A stretch of 59,251 nt of DNA, counting the filler, from Basidiobolus ranarum (taxonomy: Eukaryota), in NCBI GenBank assembly GCA_040143965.1. It is 6 parts of 6 records of this genome, joined end to end, with 100 filler letters (N's around TTAATTAATTAA, not from the genome) between each part and the next. Parts side by side here need not be neighbours in the genome. Positions count along the whole stretch, not along the records: positions 49,479 to 59,251 come from JASJQH010000785.1; 5 more parts are not named here. The stretch is one strand, 5' to 3'. The position numbers were made by a program, and so were the translations under genes. Under the pieces are notes generated by a model, which saw only the letters and a list, made by a program, of their open reading frames with translations, ran no database searches and had not been told where the DNA came from. Of this stretch, positions 49,479-59,251 are shown piece after piece; the first letter of the stretch is position 1; each line of letters opens with the position of its first letter.

Positions 49479-52409
49479 TTATAATACTTCTGTCTAAGAT
49501 ATTGCTCAGGTGAGTTGTGCGTTCGGGATATCTATGCGCACCTCTTTCCCTTTGAGCATCCACGGATCCCAACATTATATAGCAAAGTGAGATCCCTTAC
49601 ACATCGTTCATCTCTTGAAAATTCCGCGCCATGACCTCACACCTGAAGCTCCGATAAATTCCCGTAGGCTATAGCAAAGATAGAATAAATACGGGTTTGA
49701 AATTTACCGAATGATCGACACCAGGATACCCCATTCCGCTGATAAAACAAAACATTCAGAAGTGGATAGTCCTCGTCCTTTGACACATTGTAATACTTAT
49801 GAGCGCTGATTATGAAAGGATGGTAGTAATTCGACACTTCGATCGTACTTTAGCAGCGATCGCTCTTAGATCCGGCTATGGAGCGGCAGGTATTTACATT
49901 GGCGCTCAAATAACTGGGGTAGAATGCTCATCTATGCACATCAACTTAAAAACAGTGAAACCTGATCTGGATCGGTTTATCAATTATGATCAGATCTACA
50001 CGAATATTCGGTATTTGCCTCACTTGCCAATGTGCATTTGACGTATAATGTTGCTCCCCAATACTGCCATTAATTGAATGAGCAAGGTGCTTCGCAGTCG
50101 GATATTCGCTTGGAGAAACCATTGCAAGCATATCCACCTATATATCATTTTCTATTTTTTAGCTTCAAATCAACAGCTTGTGTGAATGAGCGTTGGGCCG
50201 AATGTTCATATTTATTTGGCTACAGGGTTGCCTACGAGTGTAATGATATATAGCCTCCCTATGCCAGTGTAAATTTGCTTTTGATCTGTTCCTCAGAAGA
50301 GTCTGATATCTGTAAGATTAGTTAATTTGGCATACCAAAAACGTACTATAGAATTTGCATCCTTTAAGAGCTACCAATGGTTGCGTAAGATAGAATGGCA
50401 GCAAAAGCAGTTAGGCTTACACGTGTATGGAGTCAAGAGATCATTACTAGATCATCAGGCCATGTAATTTGTAAGTTTACTGCGGAATTTATGGATATAA
50501 GACTATTCTCCCCTCAATTCACTACAAGTGTATCTTTTTGATAAATCCAGGTTAAAATCGAATTCACTACGATTCGTGTATCTTTCCTTCTGCTCTTCAC
50601 AACATTTGTCAGCAGTCTTTTGTAATAGAGTTCCATTTAAGGTCAGTCAAAGAATTCTTTATAACATCATAAGGAGAAGGATAACCTGCAAAAGTAATAT
50701 ATTTCGACTTTCATCTATTTTTTCATATTTGAGAGAGCTTTGCCCCATAATACCAATATCATACTTCCTTCATGGAATATTTCCGAGATATCATCATATA
50801 TATAAGCCTAGATAATTAACACTTGGTAATGGATGGATTCGTACAAAGTATAACCTGCTGTAGTTGAGAGTAGATGTAAGAAAAATCATCCGTGATGTCC
50901 AGCATTTGAATGACATCAAGCACATCAAAGTTTACATCTCGAAAATTGCTAGCCTGCGAGAAACTGCTGGTTTATTACTGGATTTCCAGGATTTTACCTA
51001 TTATCGCACTCCAGATTGTTTGTGTAACAAACCCATGACGGCATGATTTACTGCAGTGATATCTCGATTCCCTAATCATAAAAACATTCAAGACTAATAA
51101 CCAGCACTTCTCCAACTCTTCTATATGCTTTAACTGCGTAGTATTCCATTTGAAATAGTGATCTAGTCTTAAGCATCTCAATAAGAAGAATTATCCTCCT
51201 ATAATTCGAAGGTCTGCACTAAAGGGTTGTCCCGTATTCAATTCTCATACATACAATCTTGAAAACAACAGATAACTAAGATCTATCAGAACGATCTTGT
51301 TTGAGTTGGATGTTCATACAAGTAATAACAGCAGATAAAGTCACCTCTATATTGACTGGTGGAGCTAAATCACATAATATACACTCCTGGATAGAACAAT
51401 AGCAGTTATCCACATGAAAATTCCCAGGTTCTCCATACACAACCCCTGCGGTGTTTGTGCTGTGTTTAGTTTTGATTCTATATCCAATCTTAAATACGTT
51501 CTAGTTACAACTGGCGTATTTCAACCCTGTTGCGTGTGTTTTCCTATCCATATTGTGGACTCGAAACGCTCGGCTGATAGAGAAAAACCCACTGGAAATA
51601 CAAGTGCCTCTTTAGTTAGAACCTGAGATCAATGTCCCGCTAACCTCCGTATGTACCAGCACTTGATGCTTCATTTGGCCAGCCCACCGATAGCGCTGCA
51701 TGGGACTAGAAGTTTTCCTATACATACAGATGTACGAAACGCTGTTTCAATGCAGCTGATGAATCATAGCCATCTGATTGGACATCCCATTGGGTATTTG
51801 AGAATTGATCAATCTGAAGCTCTAGCCAAGTACACGTGGCAGTGAATTCACCAATTATCAATACACAAGAAACTGTGTCCAATCTAGTCTCGAGATGATT
51901 TAGTGTGCGTACAACCCTGTGAAATCTCGGAGCATTGCAAGTCGATATTGGGCAGACCGGTAATTAACGAGCGCTTAACCGACTCGCGCTCCTATTAAGC
52001 ATTTCCACGGAAGTTTCCTAGAGTCACAACCTAACTTCTCAAGGTTTGCTGATAACGAATAGGGGTCTACCCCTAAATAAAATTAGGTCAGCTTGTTTAG
52101 TTACGGTAATTACGACATCCCTGTTGGGTATCTTCTCACCCAGGATCACTGATCATTCTATCATGCAGTTTTCCTTTTTTGATTCCTTCGATAATCTACC
52201 CATTCTATGATATTCATTTGTTACTATTGTTTATGAACTTTTGACTTTTGACTTTTTCTTTTTGTTTTGTTTATCTTCTCTGAACAAAACCTGGTGTAAA
52301 ATTTCCCTATCTACTGAGTTTCGTCTAATAGCTTTTTTCTCCGAACAACGCCGTAAGCGTATACTGCTATAAATATAGATTAAACTAATTACACATACAC
52401 TTTCTACGT

Positions 52410-54109
52410 ATGAGTGTCAAAGCCCCAGCCTCCTTTAAGCCTGAAAATGTTGAACGGCCAACAGAGAGTGAACATCTTGAATCCTTAAAAGGTATAATCA
52501 GAAATGTCTGATCATGGAAGAACTCCTCGGAAATATTGACACTTTATATTTTCTTTTCTTAGAATACATTAGGGATAGACATTTACTCTTTGAGGAGGAA
52601 CGTTCACGTTTCTCCATATATACTACTCCCATTCGTGTGCTCCAGTACTTCTTTTTGTACGCATGGGATCAGATAAGCTCTACCGTTTCGTTTTTCTTTC
52701 AACGCGGTTATTTGATATCCCTTTTAGCTGGTCTGTCTGCAATCGGATATTTACTCTATACCCTGGATGGTATGCACCAGCCTGTAAGTAAGAGTTGACC
52801 TACTCCTAGTTTATTTCTCTTGCCGATCTTCATAAGTTCTCTTAATTACTTGACTGATGACTTCTTTCATCCCTATGTCTCCGTTCTTAGACTGTCCAGT
52901 ATGTTGAGGGAGAGCTCTTGTGGATTGGATATTGGGTGATGTTGGGGGTTGCCTCTTCCATTGGTCTGGGGACAGGTCTCCACACTTTCGTCCTTTTCCT
53001 TGGCCCTCATATTGCTTCAGTTACCTTAACAGCATACGAGTGTGGCAATTTAGATTTCCTTGTTAGAGGAGAACACAGTTTTGTATGCAATCCAGACATT
53101 GTATCTAATCATGCGGTCACCATTTGGAATATATTTCATAAAGTCCACTTGGAATGTTTCTTCTGGGGTCTTGGAACTGCCATAGGTGAACTACCCCCTT
53201 ACTTCGTTGCCAGAGCAGGTAAGCTTATATTACTTTATAGTGTAAGAATAGGAATATTCAAGAGAACGATGCCCTCTAATTAATAATTCACCTCAACCAT
53301 ATAATAGCCGCTCTTTCTGGCCAGCAAACCGAGGAAATTGCTGCTCTTGAATCTTTACGTCACAAAAATGTGGAAAACGTAACTTTGAAAGAACGTGTCA
53401 TGTTATATGTACAAAAGATCATGCAACGCTTCGGCTTTTTTGGAATTTTTCTTTTTGCTTCGGTTTGTATATTAGAATGTTTACCAAGAAACTTCCACCG
53501 AGATGTCAAAACAGCTAAACTATTAGTAATTTTTAGATTCCTAACCCTTTATTTGACTTGGCCGGTATTACTTGTGGACATTTCCTCGTTCCCCTCTCTA
53601 CATTTGTTGGAGCCACTTTTCTAGGAAAAGCTGTAGTCAAATCAGCCATACAGGTTAGTATTACGATCCAAAAAGGATTATCTTCGATTCAGCAAATGCT
53701 GGTAACTAATATACTTTGTTAAGTCTTTTTTCGTCATCATTATGTTCTCTAAAGATGCGCTTGCTGCTCTTTTGAGTCGTTTAGAACATAGCCTTCCCTA
53801 TATCCATGATGTTGTGGAACGAGCTGTCCGTGAGCAAACCAAAGCTTTTCAACGTTCTTCTGGCCATGATACCGCACCGGTACATATAACACCTTTTATT
53901 TATAGCGAGACCTATTTATTAATTGGTTAATCATTCTTCTACACTAGGCTAAATCAAGTATCATCTCAATTTGTTGGAATGGTTTGATTACCATTATGTT
54001 GGCCTATTTTCTCTTCTCGATTATTGAATCTTTAGCAGTTACTCAGCTGAAGAAACTCCATGATGCGCGAACTGCTGTTTTGTTAGAGAAAGAAAAGCAT
54101 CGAAAATAA
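52410..54109 (+). CDS. VMP1: Vacuole membrane protein 1 (VMP1/TMEM49, DedA/VTT family), multi-exon
   Basis: [61 protein letters not shown] (spliced), GKAVVK. Stop at 54107-54109. Confidence 0.93.
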
Positions 54110-55406
54110 ACCGCCTCGTTGGAATATTTTCTTAGCATCGATAAGAAGACCCGAATCTCCCTTTTCTCCATAGTTTTCATTTTACTTGCACATATTCTAC
54201 GTATTGACACCTTTTAACTGAGGCTCTATTAATTACTCGATCAGTTCCTTTATTTTTTTATAAAAACATCTCTTCCAAATGGCCTTAACCCACCCTTCTC
54301 ATCCATTTACAAGTTCGAAGACATATCGCACCCTCTCTCTGATTTAAAAAAAACTACAATTTTCATCCCTCTCCATATCATACCTCGATAGACCTCATCA
54401 CACTCTACTCTTACCTACATCTACCACTTATCACGAAGCCACTTTAAAGCAAGTACCAAATGAAATATATACACTATGTACACCATTCAAGATAAACCAC
54501 ATATCAACCAACTACCATATGATCCATTGAAAGGGTTGAATCTTTCCAATTGCTTTCAAATCAACGATTCTTTGTATTGTGATACCTTATGATTCATTTT
54601 CTTTAACACCATTCTTTCAGTGATAAGTTGATTGAAATATCTTCGCAGTCACTCCCTTCTAGATCATACAAGCAGAGGAGAGTGAGATTCCCGTGATTTC
54701 GGAGAGAACCGATTGCCAATACTGATATGGTATATACATAAATACTTATAACCATACTACTAATTTCAGGTAGTATTTCAATATTATACTCCGACACTCA
54801 CGATTAAAGGTAGGATGAGATCATTTGATCGGGCCGATATTTGGTTATCAACCTAATTAAATGAATATCTTGGAGGAAATAGGAATAACCAAACCAGTAA
54901 AGATTCTTTAGCGTTGCAAATCCATATTAGAACATCTATTTTGGTGACAAGTTCACAACTGGTTTACCAGCGATATAGTAAAGACAAGTAATCCTATTTC
55001 AATCTAGAATCATTACGCGACCTCATTCATCGTTTCATACAATAGTGTCTAAAAGAATATTGATTTGCTATGTATATTATCAATAGATTCGTAACTGATT
55101 CTTTAATAAGAAAATCATTCAACTGGGTAAAAATTCACCACTAGTATGGATAGAAACAAGTGAATGTGTAAGTAGCAGTTAAGGGGTGGAAGATAACAGA
55201 CACGAAGTATGGAGATTTTACCCAAAGAGACTATTGAATAAAATTAAAAGAAATACGAGAGAGGGAAATATCCACTTTTGCCTCACACAAGCAATAGAAG
55301 AGAAATCATGAAAATATGACAATGAAGGAGGATATGAAAGAAAAGTGAAGTGAAGTCAACATAATCTTAGGTAAACTGTATTCACCATATTTAGTGCTTC
55401 TAAAAG

Positions 55407-56359
55407 TTAGTTTTCTTCCTTGTCTGCTTCAGCACCATCTTCTTCTTTCTCTTCATTTTGTTCTGTGGTTTCGAAAATTAGTAATTACTAAATAATCCTT
55501 AAATGTTACATAAAAATAATGTCTTACCAGCATCTTGAATATCTGAAGTCCAGAGAGTAAGGTTATCTCTCAATAATTGCATGATAAGAGTACTATCTTT
55601 GTAGCTTTCCTCGCTAAGAGTATCGAGTTCAGCGATAGCATCATCGAAGGCTTGTTTGGCCAAGTGACAGGCGCGGTCAGGAGAGTTAAGAATTTCGTAG
55701 TAAAAGACAGAGAAATTCAAGGCAAGGCCGAGGCGAATAGGGTGGGTTGGAGCAAGCTCAGTCACGGAGACATCACTAGCAGCCTTGTACGCTTCTAAAG
55801 ATTTATCAGCAGTTTCTTTTCTCTTATCGCTAGTGGCGAATTCAGAAAGGTAACGGTAGTAATCACCCTTCATCTTGAGGTAGAAGACCTTAGATTCACC
55901 ATTAGTAGCTTTAGGGACAAGATGTTCTTCAAGAACACTCAAGATGTCTTCGCAGATCTTGGCCAACTCTTCTTCTATCTTTGTTCTGTAGTCACGGATC
56001 ATGGTTACGTGTTGTTCGTTACCCTTGTTCTCCTCCTTTTGTTCAATGGAGGATACAATACGCCAGGAGGCACGACGAGCGCCAATAACATTCTTATAAG
56101 CAACGGATAAAAGGTTACGTTCTTCTACGTTGAGTTCTTGGTCAGAACAGGCAACCTTTTTCATATTCTCGACCATCTCTGTTAAGAGTAGAATAAATCA
56201 ATATCTTTATCGAGGGAAATACTTTCTATCAGTTGGCAACATGGTGTGACGGCAACATTCCAACTTTCAAATAACAGAATGAAAATACATACCATCATAT
56301 CTCTCAGCTTGTTCGGCAAGCTTAGCAAAGTAAACGGATTCAGCTCTGTCGGTCTCCAT
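55407..56359 (-). CDS. 14-3-3 protein (Bmh/Rad24-like), 3 exons
   Basis: [67 protein letters not shown], acidic tail. Confidence 0.97.
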
Positions 56360-59251
56360 TTCACTATAGTGGTTGAGGCAAAAACGAATTTATTCGAAAA
56401 CGGGGAAAAGAAAGGAAGAACTTGAAAATAATGATGTAGAAGTGGAGGTCTTGGTATGTGTGTCCAACCGTAATACGCATGGCTAAGATCTGACTCGGCT
56501 CGGGACAGAACCACAGGATAAATTTGGGGATATCTGAAGAAACCAGATTAACGGGGGAACTTGTGTATCAAAATTTGGTATCCAAAATGTTACAAGTTAA
56601 ATTAAGCAACTTTGATAAGGAATGAATTGAAAACCCATGGATTCTGTTCAAACTATGCCACTTGCATGAAATCGATGTATAATTATGATAATAAATACTA
56701 ATCAATATATATGAAATCGGATATTTATTGAACGACATCAAAGTAATGCATGTATTAGGAGACCACTTTCTTGCCTAAGTTTAAGTCACATCCAATGCTC
56801 AGTCAGGTGGCAGGAGAGTGTAAATCGGTCACTTGGGTTTAGCATTAAAGCTTATTGGTCAATAATCGAAGTATCAGCAGACCGATGATGTTTCAAGGAG
56901 TGAGGAATTTTCTATATCACAAGTGCATGACTAGATTGGTACCCTTGCATAAAACTCAAGACTTGAGTGAATTATCTAGTTAAACATTTATAGTAAGACC
57001 AACTGTTCCATCGGACTGGAGGAGACAGAACCAAAGTTACATACGTTACAGGGATTCATCAATATGATTTGCTATCAACCGGTCCAGAGGGCCTGTAAGT
57101 CCCGAGTTACCATTAACTAGTCCGATGCAACAGTTCCATAATACAAGCCAGTGTCATCTACTCAGGGCGTGTACAACAGCGAGTGGCGGAACCCCTGTCA
57201 TCCGCATCCTCCAGTGGTTATGCTTTGGAGGAGTTGTGGAGTATCTATGATCCAGTAAGATGTGATACGATTAATTCTAGAATTCGGTAAAAGAGTTGAA
57301 TCTTGCTGTGAATGCAAATTTGGTACTCATCTATATCATACACAATCTCTGCAGTATATATTCTTAGCCACAGTTTGTTTTCTGCGAACCAATTTAGCTT
57401 ACAAATCATGTTGATATTTTGCAAAATGTGTGATAAAAGGGGCAAAGACAATGATGGCGTATCTCGTTCAAATTTCGCGAGATGGGCCTGTAATGATTGA
57501 GGCTCACTGATCAAATTAGTAAAATCAGACACTCCATGCGTCCATGTGGAGTATGGGTAATGAACCATCATCTCTCAACTGTACCGTAAAAGACATAAAG
57601 TGCAGGGGCCTCTATATGTAGGGCTTTGAAAGAAGTCTTGAACTTTGTTTATGGATAAGGCGCACATTGAATTATTTCATTACCACGTGCCTCGAAACAA
57701 ATTTCTAAAAGCTATGTGTTGCTCGATATCCACAGTTTTGATTCTTTCATCTCATGTTGAACACCAAATTTAATGGTAAAATATAGCAAGGAGATTGAGC
57801 AGAGTTCAATGCATGTTTGTATTCTGGTCAACATCATAACCATGATAGAGGATGATGGGACTAAAGGTTTAAGGCTTGTACATAAAACATGTCTGATGAG
57901 TTTCGGTCATGCTTTAGATATATTTCCTACTGTTAACTCATCAGACATGAATGTATGATGTACATATATGAATTCATACATTCAATGATACTTGAGTGAA
58001 ATTCAAGCAAAACGTAAGCGGATGAAGATTATAGGAGAATCTCACGTAATGCTTTTAATATTGGTGCCAACGATGCACATAGGACAAATATTATATACCG
58101 CACCCCACTGGAGTATGCGTTGAAATAGAAAATATATGTATTCACGCAGCCAGTTACAGATGGAGGGCAGCTCTCCAAATGTTGCGAAAGTATTCTTTAG
58201 AGTGTTGCCCCTATTGCATCGTAGAGATCTTTACGAGTTTGGGATCTACAAAGGAATTATAACCAATCATGCCTACTCCTGCATTCTAGGAATAAAGCCT
58301 AGATGTCAATGTAAACTAACTGGGGACTTCACCGATACTAATTGGGCCGACACAATGTATCTTTTCTGTACGTCCAGTTCGATCTGTAGGATCCATGGTG
58401 TGAGAGCGCTCATCTGAGTTTCGCGATGATGCATAGAGCAACTCCGTTTCATTTTGGATAAATGATATGCATAGAGAATGCAGTAGCTATCATTTAATGA
58501 CGCGAATGTCGCCAGCACAATTCGTAATCAATAGTCAATTGTTGACACTTGTATAGGAGGTAAGTTAACAAGCCACCTCTACAGAGAAGCATCTACGATG
58601 TAGCCGTACCCTTCGCATTTATATGTAAGGCAGCATCTCATTGATCATTTGCTTGTAGTGGTGCATGTTGCGTGTGGTATGAAACTAGATAGGAACTTAA
58701 GGTTTTATTTTTCCTTGTTGGTCGTGGGTGAGGGAAATATCATTAGCTGTAGCGAATTCCGGATGAATATGTTTCGACACCATCAGGCCATTTTAGTCAT
58801 AGTTACAATGACTACTAAATCCGCTCCTACTTAATTTGTGCCAATCTATTCAGCTTGATCGAATTAGCTAAACAACGATTCCCCATGAAAGTCCAGAATA
58901 AACTTGTTTGATGGCCCAAAGTGAATCCAGTTAAATTGCACAAGCATTTCTAATCAATGAGTAAACTAAAACTACTAGTTGATAATGCTGCTCAATGCAA
59001 GCTGGATATTCACACCAAATGAATAAGAAACACAAAGGTACCTTGGAAGCATCAGATCCACGTTACATCTACTCCGGACTAATCGAGGAGATGTGCTGAC
59101 TCTGGTCTTTCTAGCGAGTGGCAAGAATAATGACGATATCCCCAGGTGGATAATCTGGATATAAATCTGCCATAGATTGGGTTAAATCCAAGTGGCTTTA
59201 TATTACTCATTTGGTGTCGAGAATATACAGGCAGAAGGCTAGTTTTGAAGT

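Noticed and set aside
52061-52076. TAGGGGT-CT-ACCCCTA inverted repeat upstream of VMP1
   Set aside because: Short single palindrome, compatible with chance.
49479-52300. Numerous 60-95 aa ORFs
   Set aside because: No motifs or consistent exon chain. Treated as chance ORFs or decayed sequence.
58580-58600. ACAGAGAAG resembling the U6 snRNA box
   Set aside because: Flanking sequence does not match U6.

Overview
Eukaryotic, intron-containing, AT-rich DNA, most consistent with an early-diverging (non-Dikarya) fungus. This is inferred from a VMP1 gene, a CTC1-like gene, a Mucoromycota/chytrid-style Fanzor and short spliceosomal introns. The window is not contiguous: it is six ~9.8-kb contigs (9809, 9801, 9800, 9789, 9779, 9773 bp, in descending size) joined by artificial 100-nt N44-TTAATTAATTAA-N44 spacers, so synteny cannot be read across joins. 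Recognisable genes: DDHD phospholipase, monoacylglycerol lipase, CTC1-like (partial), PIM/PASK-like kinase with tandem in-frame stops, DUF726/TMCO4, SDH4, MPP-beta/Core1, PDA1 (partial), a Cu(I) P1B-ATPase with 4 HMA domains (partial), a truncated-hemoglobin/protoglobin fusion, a sugar porter (partial), an ABCA transporter (partial), a GH13_5 alpha-amylase, a Pho85-type cyclin, VMP1 and 14-3-3. Most notable are a decayed, intron-containing Fanzor (eukaryotic TnpB-like RNA-guided nuclease) at ~36.3-38.0 kb, the membrane-anchored two-class globin fusion at 34.2-35.3 kb, and an otherwise intact kinase interrupted by adjacent TGA-TAA codons.
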